Shown here piece after piece: positions 24,096 to 35,539 of a DNA stretch of 35,932 nucleotides. Both the position numbers and the translations under genes were made by a program. Under the pieces are notes generated by a model. It was not told where the DNA came from. It ran no database searches and worked only from the letters and a program-made list of their open reading frames with translations. Within the stretch, counting starts at the first letter, position 1. Each line of letters opens with the position of its first letter. This stretch comes from Craspedostauros australis (lineage: Eukaryota): the NCBI GenBank assembly GCA_030167865.1, contig JALAGF010005167.1:1-35932 (forward strand), in the 5' to 3' direction.

Positions 24096-24823
24096 CAGTG
24101 GAGTGCAGCGGAGTGCAATGCAGTGCCCATGAAACGTGCTCTTCCCCTGTGCGGCCTTGCGTCCACCCTTTCGTCGAAACGTGGACCCAGCAGAATTTGT
24201 TGCAGTGTATTCCATTATTACGTATATTAATTATTTTACCGCTTACCCCGAAGCGGCCTGGACAATCGACTCGATTGACTTCGTCGAGTTGCCATGACGT
24301 CAATTCTTGTGGCGTCTTGGCAAAGAGCAAAAAAGTCGTTGTGGACACTGCCTCCAGCAACCAACAAAAAATGACGACGCAAATGACCGTCACCAAAGAA
24401 CAAGTTGAGACTGTAGATTTGCGGAAATAGAAAGAAGATTGCAGGCGATGCCAATGCTCTTGATGCGTCGATGTGCCATCATCTTGCAAGTGCTCGTCTT
24501 CGTCTCCAAGCCGTGACCCTTGCCGCAGCTCGTCATCGTGCCTTCGTCGTCCCCACAATCCATCCAGTTTCGTTTCTCAAGGTGCCTTTGCCATTACAAG
24601 TACGTACGACTCCTCTACCAACGCTCCCAGAATTCGACCCTTCACTTTTGCTCGGAATCAACTTTCAACTTGCGACTTCCGAAGCCTTCACATCATTCGG
24701 TGAGGAATAGATCGAAGCCACACGCAAGCACAACACCTCATCGGCACATCGGCGACATCAAGGTTGTGACGGCTGTCATTTCAATCATACCATTCTCGGC
24801 ACATCCAAATCGCATCCGGCAGC

Positions 24824-26359
24824 ATGAAGATCATCAACGTGGGAGACGAGGTCAGATACTTGAAGAGGGAATCCATCGACGTGCGGTTCCACCAGTTCTC
24901 TTCGCTGGGATACAGCCCGGGCGAGAACATCTACTCGCCGACCTTCAAGTTCCATGATCTGGAGTGGAAGCTGCGACTGTACCCGGGTGGTGAGGAGTCC
25001 CAGCACTCGCTGCAATCCGGCATTTCCATGCTCGCCATCTACCTGCACGTCGACAAGGCGTCGTGGGCAAAGAGCCGGCGGTCGCACTGCAACGCCACGT
25101 TCACCATCAGCATCCCCAAGTTGGGCACCAAGGCGGGGCCGGGCATTCACACCTTCCGCTCCTCCGATCGCGCCGGCCACACGGGACGCGGGTGGAGCGC
25201 CTTCGCGCGACGCACAACGGTGCTGAATGAAGGCTGCACAAACGACAGCCTCTCCGTGGTGGTGACGTTGGAATCGTACGATGAATGCCCCGGCTCGTGG
25301 TCGCCGCCTGTGTGCTTCAACCGCGATGGACTCCGACTCTTTTACAACCAGGTCAACGCCGACGTCACGTTCGTGGTGGGCGGCGCTGCAACTGTCAAGG
25401 ACAGGACCAACAACCGCGAGGTACTCATGCGGTCCGCGATCGTCGATCGTCAGGGTCCCATCTACGGCAATAATCGACAAGCTTTGTCGAACAGCGATTC
25501 CGACGATGCCAGCAGCAGCAGCAGTAGCAAGAGTGGCAGCGATCAGAGCTACGGGCAAGAGGAGTTCAAGGTCAACAGCACCATGTTGCTGATGGCAGCA
25601 CCATCCATCGGGGACATCCTCATGGAACGCTGCAGGGCCGCTCCCAACATGTGGCAATGCAGCTCGAACAGCGGCAGGTTTGCCAATGATGACGACTGCA
25701 ATACCATGACTATCCCGCTGCCCAACGTGAATCCCAAGCATTTCCGATCGATGCTGCGTTTCATCTACAGCGGCGACACGTCCTTCTTGGCCTCCCCGGC
25801 TGCGGAACACCCCAGCATCGGCGGCAATAGAGCCACCGGCGCCAACTCCATGAACGTGGACACACATGTTGCCCGGTCGCGGCTCGCGCAGCAGCGGTAC
25901 AAGGATTTCCAAGATCTGCTGGTCGTCGCCAACGAATTCGGATGCTGGAAGCTCAAGCTGCTGCTGGAGGCCCGCTTGATCGACGAATTCCTCTGCTACG
26001 CAGCATCCATCGATCTGCTGCTCTTCGCCGATTCCTACAGCTGCGCCATGCTCAAGGAAGCTGCCACGCATACGATCTACCGCGAATCGGCATCGATCCT
26101 GCAGCACCCCGATTTCGGCATTCTGTGCGAATGCAGCGCACTCATCAAGGAGCTGCAGGAATACTGCACCGGGCAGGGCAAGACGCACAACGATGGGATC
26201 TTTGATGATTACTCCAAGATGTCCGTCGGCGATTTGTACAAGATCCTCGATGAACGTGACGACATCTACTTGGACTGCGACCTCAGCCGTCTGACGCTGT
26301 TGCGAAAGGTCCGATCGATTGTGTACAATGGCGCGACGCCGAAGATGGGATCCTCCTGA
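24824..26359 (+). CDS. MATH-BTB/POZ domain protein (SPOP/TDPOZ-like, putative Cullin-3 substrate adaptor), 511 aa, intronless
   Basis: MATH-like VRFHQF...SPTFKFHDLEWKLRLYPGG...LAIYL and GRGWSAF. BTB motifs ADVTFVV...FKVNSTML...IPLPNVNPKHFRSMLRFIYSG...LLVVANEFG..KLKLLLEA. BACK-like DLLLFADSYSCAMLKEAA. Confidence 0.9.
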   Translation: MKIINVGDEVRYLKRESIDVRFHQFSSLGYSPGENIYSPTFKFHDLEWKLRLYPGGEESQHSLQSGISMLAIYLHVDKASWAKSRRSHCNATFTISIPKLGTKAGPGIHTFRSSDRAGHTGRGWSAFARRTTVLNEGCTNDSLSVVVTLESYDECPGSWSPPVCFNRDGLRLFYNQVNADVTFVVGGAATVKDRTNNREVLMRSAIVDRQGPIYGNNRQALSNSDSDDASSSSSSKSGSDQSYGQEEFKVNSTMLLMAAPSIGDILMERCRAAPNMWQCSSNSGRFANDDDCNTMTIPLPNVNPKHFRSMLRFIYSGDTSFLASPAAEHPSIGGNRATGANSMNVDTHVARSRLAQQRYKDFQDLLVVANEFGCWKLKLLLEARLIDEFLCYAASIDLLLFADSYSCAMLKEAATHTIYRESASILQHPDFGILCECSALIKELQEYCTGQGKTHNDGIFDDYSKMSVGDLYKILDERDDIYLDCDLSRLTLLRKVRSIVYNGATPKMGSS

Positions 26360-27577
26360 AGAACCAAGGGCGGCTGGCATGCCAGAGTATTGGTTACGGC
26401 AGCGGCGACAACAGCAGCAACAGCAGCAGATAGGTCAGAATTAGAAGAGTCGGAAGCGTTGGAGGCTTTGCGATGCACACGAGCCACGAGTAGAATAGCA
26501 CTCGTACGAGTAGGGAGCGCGTCACAATACAACAATGATAGCATCGTATACCAGTATACACATCGGCTATTACAAGTATTATATGATATCATATTACGTG
26601 ACAGAATACATTGTGTGGGCAGACAGTGAATGCATTGCTCCGATTGTTGTGCTGGCCACAAGGGTCTCCTGTACTACTCTGGAGTTTGTATAATAGATGA
26701 CAGGGCGATTGCAACAGAGCGAGGCAGTCCATGATTGTAAATGTAAAATTGTGTCATAGAATAGTTGCAATTAGTGTCTCACATGCCAAATGACAACGGT
26801 CCAACAGGCTTGGCTTTTGGTCAAAGCTGCCCGTTGCGGTGCTGCCGTGGTCCCTGTGACCGTCATCATTGCTGTCTTTGTGAGCCTTATCGACATCGGC
26901 GTTGTTGGAGGGGACGGATTCGCACCAAACGCAAACACGCGGAGAGATTCGACTTCGTGTCTGCGTTGCGAAGCCTGCCAATAGCCACAACGTGCGTACT
27001 ACCATAGCACAAGCCATAGCGCACCACCAACCAACCAACCAGGCTCTGCGATGTGCATCGAGAACAATGACGAGAGTGGAAATGAGAAGCGAAGCGAAAG
27101 GAGAGAAAAGAAGGGTCGTCACTTTTTGTTGGCCCCTCCTCTCCCTCTTGGGCGCAAACGAACAGATGCGCGGGCCAATTGCGTGGTTGCAAGTCCTCGT
27201 ACGGTATTATACCATGCAACGATGTTTTCATCATCGGTTGCGACGGGTGCAATCGCAGGCATGGAGTTGTATGCGCAGTGTGTAGAGTCTTGAAGAGTAT
27301 GGTTAGGTTTGTTTCATCTTTCTTTCTATTGTGGTGTCTTTAGTTCTCTATGTGTATGGTAGTGTTTGTCTCTTCATGAGATTCCATGTCTCGTCATGTC
27401 TTCTATGGTGGCGGGTTCGTTCATTGGCTTTCAACTGTGCGATCGGCGCTGATGGCCTCGACTTGCACCGTGCCCCGACGTTGTGATGCGGTGTGATGTG
27501 ATGTGGTGCGATGCAGACGTCGATGGGCTCCCGCGTGCAATGAGAGCGCCCACTCCCCCACCCATCGCTTCGTTCAT

Positions 27578-27976
27578 CTACTCCAACCCAGCCCGTTTCA
27601 TGGATTGGTGATACAGCAGATCGACCGTCGATGATCGGAAGGAATCGTCCAGCGTGAACGATGTGGAATCCACGATGATGGTCTGGGGTGCTGCATCCGA
27701 GGCCAGGACAGCAAATTGGGACCTGACAAGGGCGTCAGATGCCTGGGGTGATCTCGCATTCATGATGAGAGATTCCTGATCCATGAGGCCTTCTTCATTC
27801 GATGCGGAGACCACCGTTGCTCCGGCTGAAGTGGATTGTGAGGATGCCGCCGCTGTGCGTCCCTTGGTGAACGATGCTCTGATCGCGAATGGACCAACGG
27901 ACCATGCCATCGATGATTGGAGCATGCAGAGGATTGCGAGAGCGACGCATGCCGTTGTTTTCGTCATTGCCATCAT
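27578..27976 (-). CDS. Small (132 aa) protein with signal peptide, probably plastid-targeted (bipartite presequence)
   Basis: MMAMTKTTACVALAILCMLQSSMA-WSVGPFAIRASFTKGRTAAASS: a hydrophobic signal, an SMA|W cleavage site, then an S/T/R/A-rich segment with no acidic residues. An AC-rich leader lies upstream on the coding strand. Confidence 0.7.
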   Translation of the reverse strand: MMAMTKTTACVALAILCMLQSSMAWSVGPFAIRASFTKGRTAAASSQSTSAGATVVSASNEEGLMDQESLIMNARSPQASDALVRSQFAVLASDAAPQTIIVDSTSFTLDDSFRSSTVDLLYHQSMKRAGLE

Positions 27977-29913
27977 GATTTGTGCGAGAGAATGTAGTGT
28001 TGGGACGAAAAAATGTGTTAATGTGATGCGCTGCGAGTATGTATTGGAATGAACGCTTGCTCTTTTGTGTGTCAGTGACAGTGGGTGGAGTGTTGGTATG
28101 GCGTTTCTTGCTCTTTGCGTTGTTGCCGTGTTGGGTGTATGCGTGGAATTGATTTTATGACGACTTCGTTTGGCGTTGGTGATGCCTCCCATCAATGCTT
28201 CTCCTCTGCGTGTTTGTGGTCTTCCTCGTTGTGTCGTGCAGCGCCAGTTGGGTTCCTCTCTTTGGTTCCGACATTTCGTCCATTGGTTCGGCGGTTGGTT
28301 GGCTGGTTGGGTGTTCGGTTAGTCGTAGATGTGTGTCTGGTTTGTCTGGCTGGTTGGGTGTTTGGAGGCTGCCTCTCTCTGTGTCAATCAATTCCTTCTT
28401 CCTCGCCAGTGCCATTTTGGTGATGGCTGTTCTTGACACCCCTTGTTTGTGGGGATGAAGTACCAGCACAACAGAAAGCGTGTTTGTGGTGTGCAGTTTT
28501 GACGGCTTTCTCATCTTGCTCTTGTGGCGACGTGATGTCTGGATCGTTGACATGAGAACCGTGCAGTCACATCAAAATGTCCGTTTTCATTCATCGGAGT
28601 TGACACGCCTGTGTCGTGATGCGACACGATGTCTGATTTGGACAAGCACTTCTTTCTCGTTCGCGTCGGCAATGTGTCAAAGCGTGACGTCATATCACGG
28701 TTTCATCTTTCACATTTCGCAATTGCATCGCGAGACACGGGTGTAGTCGTGAAGAAGGAGGAGTCACAATCGCAGTCCATTTAGTCATGAACGATGACCT
28801 TTGCCTCCGCAAACAGTCTCGGAAGAACAGCGAATCTTCGACTTTCACGCGCTCTCCCTTGCCCACGATTGATTGTGTTTGTGCGTATCTGCACGTGTGC
28901 AGCACAAAATCAAGGTGTATCAAAACCGTGCATCGCCAGCCGCCTCCCTCTCTCTCGTTCCCTCCCAGCGATGTCAAGATCGTCATGCGTATTGGTGTCA
29001 CCATCTCTCTCGAGATGATGGCCACGATGCCAGACATGTCGAAATATGGGGATCTGCAGATGGATGACTCATGGATGACGTCTGACGACGGCTGATCGAT
29101 GGCATCTGATGGCATGCCAACATCATTGAGAGCCGTGCTCCGGCACTCATCGTGACGCGCACCCGCTCGATTCATCGCACTCGTACTCACGCCATGCCTC
29201 TGTGTACTCTACAAGCCCCGAGTACCAATACGCACGAGCGTGCTCTTCATCTAATGGAGCGCAAGTACGTGATGCGATACAGCGTGCCATCAGCGCGCAA
29301 GCACGTAGTTTGCTCCGTGCCGAGATACTCTAGCAAGGGGATTACAGGTTCACGACGGATCAGGAACTTCCATTGCGCGAGGTACCGAGGTGCAAGTATG
29401 ATAGGAAGGAAGCGAGCGGTTTGTCATTTGGATGAAGAGTATAATACAAATGGAAGTCGATATACTCGCACTTGTGTTGAGCCAGCGCTGTGAAAGACTG
29501 GACATCACAGAGAGAGCAGGCCGGCGACCGTAACAGCCTGGTGTTCGTTCATGTAAGTATGCACATTAATGTGAGTATTATTCTGCAGGTGTATGAATTG
29601 GTTCATATCATACACATCGTTGTTGGATAAGGCGCTTTGTATGGTATGGCGTGACGAGGCGTGATGTGATATGTTATTGCTGTTGGCCGTGCTGGTTTGG
29701 TACAGGGGGCCGCCGTGTGTAGGGAGGGCGAGAGCACAGTGCCGAGCACAAGAAAATGAATATGTGCGTGGAACGTGGTGAAATATGGGTGGATGGGTGG
29801 ATGGAAGTATGCAGTACGGAGCGCAGCGGCGCCCGTTCAAAGGGCCCGGATGTCTTCGGCAGAGCTGAAGCACATTGGGTGTGGGGACCGGGGTTGTGAT
29901 GGCCCGTCCAACA

Positions 29914-30998
29914 TCAGACCTCGGCATACATTTCTTGAAGCTCCAGCGATGTGTCTTCGTCAAGCGTTGAGCCTGGTTGGATATCTTCCAAAGGGATTGG
30001 CGAGATGTCGATCAGGGGTGGCAAAATGGCAGACGTTGGCGTTGCATTTTGCGGATTGGACCAGACGAACGAGGTCTCGGCCGACGATAGGAAGCTGAGG
30101 TCTCCCACGGAGATGCTATCGAGACTGTCTGGGCTGGGCAGGTTGGCCAGGTCGGAGTTGGCAGGGGCTGTGCGCACGTGAGGGGCCTGTGGACGTTGGT
30201 AGGTCTTCTTGCTGCAATGCTGCTCGACCCTGGCTGGTGGTTGAGGAACAGTTAGATGAAGTGGCGAGAGAAGCGACGCGAAGGCGATTACGGATGTGAG
30301 AATTAGCATGTCTTGGATTGAATCTCGGGTGAAGGAGTCAAAACAGGAACGGCTCGGCTTCCAACACATCGTTGGAGAAAGCAGACACACGGGCATCTCA
30401 ACAATGGGAGGAGCATGTCGTACTTACTGAAAGTCAAGTGAGGCGGGACAGTGAGAGAGAACTTGGTCTGGCTCTTTGGGCTTGTTGGCTTGATCACAGT
30501 CTTTTGTTTCCTGGTGTGCACTGCCTTCGCAAGCCGCTTCGGGCTCTTGGTCTTCTTTGGAGCCTTTCTGGCAGCAGCCTTGGCGGAGGGCGAATCGGTT
30601 GCAACCATGGCTGCCCCCTCCTCCCTCTTGTTTGCCTTGCCGGCCAAGTCGCGGATGCGGTGCTGGGCCTTCTCCACAACACGAGCTTCATCCAGCAAGC
30701 GCCAATGCTGTCCATCGTGGATGACGAACTTCGGGATGACGCCATCGACAGGAATGCGGGCGTCTTGAACGAGTTGTCTGGCCACCGCCTTCTTGCCACC
30801 ATCTGCGCTGGCTGCGCGGAAGTCGTCAACGTGAAGCAAGGACATAGCCAAGAACCTCGCGTTGCCCCGAGAGTTTTGCGTGCCCTTCCCCTTTCCACTG
30901 CGGATGTCCAAGGGGTGAGGTTCACCATCGAGGAGTTGGAGCTGCTCGATGGGAACTTTGGCCCTGGTGGAGAACGATGGTTGAGATGTCGCTGTCAT
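29914..30998 (-). CDS. DUF6824-domain protein (diatom-expanded family), 2 exons, ~296 aa
   Basis: Exon 30998-30428 has PHPLDIRSGKGKG..SRGNARF...KKAVARQLV...KFV...WRLLDEARVVEKAQHRIRD (DUF6824 pattern) plus a K-rich stretch. A phase-1 intron 30427-30234 (GTAAGT...TCTAAC...CCACCAG) joins in frame to exon 30233-29914, an S/D/P-rich tail ending MYAEV*. Confidence 0.82.
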
Positions 30999-32571
30999 GG
31001 TTGGATGTGTTGTGTGAGTATGATTCAGTTGGTGTGTCGACGATGAGAGTGCTTTTGAATTGCTCGGTCCAGCGTTTTGTGAGAGATCTGGCGATTGAAA
31101 AAGCAGAGTTCTGGTGATGGTTGTTGTCGTGGTGGCTGCGAAGATCCTGCGCGTGTCATACACCAGTCACACACACACACATGCACACACGCTGTGTGGT
31201 TTGTTGCACCTCTGGTGTCACATGACACCACGAGAGTGCGATCAAAGCCATACGCACAGTGGATCCTCAAAAATTCTCTGCTGAAGCAGAGAAGGGAGCG
31301 GGTGCCGTCTCAGGAAAATGGGCACGAATTCATTCACGGTTGTTGATGCAAAATGAACACGTCGAGGCAGTTCTGAAGAATTTATCAAATTGCATCCTTA
31401 AGTACATCCTGCCAACACTATTTCATCGTCGCTGCTAATACGACATCGAAAGGACGTCTCTGTATCGAATGAATCGATATCATTGGCTGTGGAGAAGTGT
31501 CGAATACCATCTGGCAGGGAATCAATTCCGAGTGAAGGGCAAAGCGACAGAGTGACAGTTTGGGGCTTGTACACAATCGTTCTGTGTCCCAGCCATCTAG
31601 TCGTGGACGCCAACTTCTACCTTGATCCACCACCCCGCGCAGATTTATTGCTGCGCAAGCAGGCAGTACGAACCCCATTTCAACACACCGAAGTTCCATT
31701 GAGACGTGGAAGTCAAACCACGATACAGCACTTTTCAACGAAAATGAGAAAGACAATGAAGAGGAATCAGGAATCTCCCATCGATACAAACAAATCAACA
31801 CATGGGAAGCACACGGACTTGGGTATTTCACGTTGGTCACGTCTGGACGGTTTGATTTCATTAAATACAAGTCGCAGCGACAAAACCACGACTGTTGAAG
31901 CACGAAACATGATTGAGAATTCTCTAAAAACCGACGAAGTTCATCCTCCTTTTTTGGAAAGGCTCATACTATTTGTCACTTATATCGTCTGTCATGCAAC
32001 GGGTTGCTTTCGTTTGTCGAATTCAAAGTCCACCGTTTGAATCTAGAGAAAGATGATGGCTTCGGCACAGTGATCCGTTATGAAGCGATACGGTACAAAC
32101 GACTACTACTGTTTCTCCATGCTCCAGTTTGACGCAGGATTTGTACGCGTGTCATTGACCGGATGCGTCAACAGAGGTGAGTGACCAACGCACCAAACAA
32201 GCAACGTTGGCTCAGTCACCTCGCGATCTCACGATCCTCTCATCAACAGGCGTCGAGACAACGATGCCCTTTCGGTAGATTAAAATGCTATTCTACAATA
32301 CTTGGAGCGACCGTGGATCCATCATCTAATTTCTCGCATGTCGGCAATGACAACAGCAGAGCAGAGAGAGAGAGTAGCAAATCGTAGAGTTCCGCAATGG
32401 CCAATGCATAACACAATTCTTCTTCTATGTTGTGCATGGTCGCGTCCATGCAAGCTGCCGTTGTTGCGCTCATGGGACGTGGATTGGTGCACTGCTGCGC
32501 TGCATGGCACTGCAAAAATACTGTACTGTACCATGCTCGTGTATATTACAGTACTGAAGTAACACCCACCG

Positions 32572-33915
32572 TTATCGCATTGCCGTCGTGACTGCGTCGT
32601 CACCGGCCTTCGCCGCGCCGCGATGCGACCGTCTGGCATGCCTGCGATGCAACGGATGTTGCCGTCTCAAGATGAGCAATTTCTGCGCCGTCAGAAACAA
32701 ACCCCGCAGCAAAGGAATGAGGCTGATGAGGATGATCACGGAGACGACGATCGCAGCGACGGAATCCGCGGATGTGCCGGAAACGCCGGGCACGACGAAG
32801 GCGATGGAGGCCGCGATGAGGACGGCGATGCTGCGCAGGGTGTCGGCGCAGACGTGCGTCCAGGCCGAGCACATGTTGAGATTGACGAGCAGCGCATTCT
32901 GGACCTCGTCATCGTCGGCGGCCGTGTCGTCACTGTCGGTGTCGCTGGTGGTGTCCGCGTTGTCGTCGAATTCGTTGTCGAATGTTTCGTCGGGAATGAC
33001 GGACGTAGAAGAGTAGCTGATGACGCCGAGGCGTTGATTGGCGGAGATGGTGTTGCCATTTGCATTGGCGCCGTCGGTAGCTCTCGCAAGCAACGGCTGG
33101 TCTTCATGGATGGTGTCGTGGCTGCCGATGGGAATGGTATTGACGTTGCGTGATGCGGCACTGGCCGTGCTGGCCGACCTCGGTCGCTTGACATGCGGGA
33201 TGCTGTACCTCGTGTACGCCGTCTGCGTGTCGGGCCGCAGCGCGACGGAGAAGCCGAATGCCTGGTTGGCACGCGCGAAGCAGAAGACGTTGACGATATC
33301 CAGAATGAGGTTGAGGAAGGAGAAGGAGAACATGAGCCATACATCGACCTCTTCGTCATCGTCGTCGCTGGCTTGTCGCAGGGCCTGCATGGCATTTCTG
33401 GTGGCTGTAATGGTGACGATCACCAACGTGACGACGCTGATGAACGGCGGGATGAACTCCAAGTAAAGGCGCAGCTTTTCTCGCCGGTAATCCCTTAGCT
33501 TGGGATCCATCTGCAATTCCTTGACGGAGTAGGGACGATTCTTGATGCGCTCCGCGCAGAGATTGAAGAGGTAGGTGAGGGCATCGACGCCCATGGCCTC
33601 GGCATCCTCGAGCATGGATGCGCTGCCCGCGATGATGGCGAAGACCGCCTCCAGCGCCATGAAGATGAGGAAGGAAAGGAATGCCACGTTGAGGACGTAC
33701 TCATTTGACACAGCCGGTCTATCCTCTTGCTGTTCATATTCGTTTGCAGGGCTTGCACCGATCGGTCGGTTGGGCGTTGAGCTATTGTTCATGGTTATGT
33801 TCATGTTCTTGGATCCTGGATCATCGGATGTCGCGTCTGTCGCCTCGGCGTTGGGAGTGTCGCCGCTCATATTTCTCTGCGTGGGTAAAGATGGAGACAC
33901 CACTTTCTGTCCCAT
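32572..33915 (-). CDS. Cation diffusion facilitator (CDF/Cation_efflux, ZnT/CzcD-like) transporter, up to 447 aa (alternative start at 33870)
   Basis: About 6 hydrophobic segments. The CDF signature region is EAVFAIIAGSASMLEDAEAMGVDALTYLFNL. TM5 reads NLNMCSAWTHVCADTLRSIAV, and TM6 reads ADSVAAIVVSVIIL..LIPL. Confidence 0.88.
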   Translation of the reverse strand: MGQKVVSPSLPTQRNMSGDTPNAEATDATSDDPGSKNMNITMNNSSTPNRPIGASPANEYEQQEDRPAVSNEYVLNVAFLSFLIFMALEAVFAIIAGSASMLEDAEAMGVDALTYLFNLCAERIKNRPYSVKELQMDPKLRDYRREKLRLYLEFIPPFISVVTLVIVTITATRNAMQALRQASDDDDEEVDVWLMFSFSFLNLILDIVNVFCFARANQAFGFSVALRPDTQTAYTRYSIPHVKRPRSASTASAASRNVNTIPIGSHDTIHEDQPLLARATDGANANGNTISANQRLGVISYSSTSVIPDETFDNEFDDNADTTSDTDSDDTAADDDEVQNALLVNLNMCSAWTHVCADTLRSIAVLIAASIAFVVPGVSGTSADSVAAIVVSVIILISLIPLLRGLFLTAQKLLILRRQHPLHRRHARRSHRGAAKAGDDAVTTAMR

Positions 33916-35058
33916 GAACCAATGAATGGATCTTGACGAGTGCTATGTAAGACGAGGGAAGTTGAATTGAGTGAAACAACGAGAAGGCTCTTCTCTCTAT
34001 CCGTCTCTCCAGAGAGAATGCGCAATGTGTCGTCCGGAGAGCAGAGACAGCGATCTTCAAGATGATTCGGCCGCTGGCGCCTCCGCCTTTCCCGCTGTTT
34101 CCAAGGCCTTCAGTGTTGCAATGGCTGCGGACAAAATTGATGTGTGTCCATGTGCACGCGCATGCGTGTGTGCGTTCTGTTTGCACCGGTGAGCAATGGC
34201 GATACAATGCTTCGCACTGTTGTGGAATGCACGCTCTGGACACGCAAGATCCTTTGGTGTTGACTGTTGTTGTCGTCCATCAGGGGCGGAGAGTTGGACA
34301 TGTGGATAAGGGCTTGTCGTTGATGTGATCGTCACCATCATTGTTGATGTTGATCGTGTGCTGACGTCGAGTTGGGCGCCTGCGATGCGCGCGATCGCGC
34401 AAAGACAACACGAATCTTGTGACGTACGTTTCAATCACGGATTGCGTTCGTTTCGGGACAGCCTCGACACCATCCTTTGATCGATCATCGACCAAATCGA
34501 CCAAATCACGTCTAGAACAAGAGAGGAATCAAGATGCGCGAACCCCCAACACGATTCGACTTTTCGGAACGCAATGGATTCCCCTGCGACAAAAAGAACA
34601 CAGAGGAGAGAACAACGCAAGGATTGGCGCAATCCGGAACAGCCTGTCCTTTCGCAACTGGGAGTCATCGTAAAAGTCACAAAAAACTATAATTTGCTTT
34701 TTTGCTGACATCACGGGTCCCATAACAAGAGCACAGAAGAGCTGAGAACACAACGACCACTTCGACTAAATCAAAACGAATACAATCGACCCACCCAGCC
34801 AAACTACAACACAATCCGCCTCAACACCAACAATCTGCTCAAACATCAAGAACAAGTGAGATGGCTACTTTGAATATTCCTCCTCAGAAGGTTCTAATTT
34901 GGCTATATTTCTTCGATTCAACAATGCTGGCGCGCCGGTGTGGTGTGTTCCGTCCCCTACATCAAGTCGTGATTAACGACCAGTTGCCACACATCCCATC
35001 ACATCACATCCCACCAATGAAAACTCACATGTCTTTCACAAGATGAAACTACTCCAAG

Positions 35059-35130
35059 NNNNNNNNNNNNNNNNNNNNNNNNNNNNNNNNNNNNNNNNNN
35101 NNNNNNNNNNNNNNNNNNNNNNNNNNNNNN
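35059..35130. other. Assembly gap (72 N)
   Basis: Run of N. Confidence 1.
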
Positions 35131-35539
35131 ACAATCCTTGATTCGAGTGTCATTGCTTTCATCCCACTGCTCATCATGACAAGCACATCAAGGATGAGTG
35201 GTGTCAGTCTTTGCTGTTGTGATGCATCATGTAGCAATTGGATCAAATGTGGGTTCCTCAATCTGCATTCCATGTTGATTCCCATGCCATTGATCTCCCT
35301 NTCCTCATTTGTGCATTGATACAATCCAGCTAACTGAGGTTGGCAGCCACAAAAGATCTCCATGATGCCATCCTGGCACTGAAACAACAACCACAAACAA
35401 AAACATGCACCCAACATCATCATCGAGCGGATACGTTCTGAAATTTGATCAAACAAAAGCCATCATAATCGTCATCACACATCAACACAAGCATGACATC
35501 TGGTTTCGACTCCGTCAATGTGAATGTTGGCAACTTGTG

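Noticed and set aside
24785-26380. 531-aa minus-strand ORF
   Set aside because: Antisense shadow of the GC3-rich MATH-BTB gene, with no motifs. The same applies to antisense ORFs over the kinase, TPR-like, DUF6824 and CDF genes.
30303-30427. Cys-rich C-terminus of the 286-aa DUF6824 ORF
   Set aside because: It lies within a GTAAGT...CTAAC...CAG intron that splices in frame to a better coding exon.
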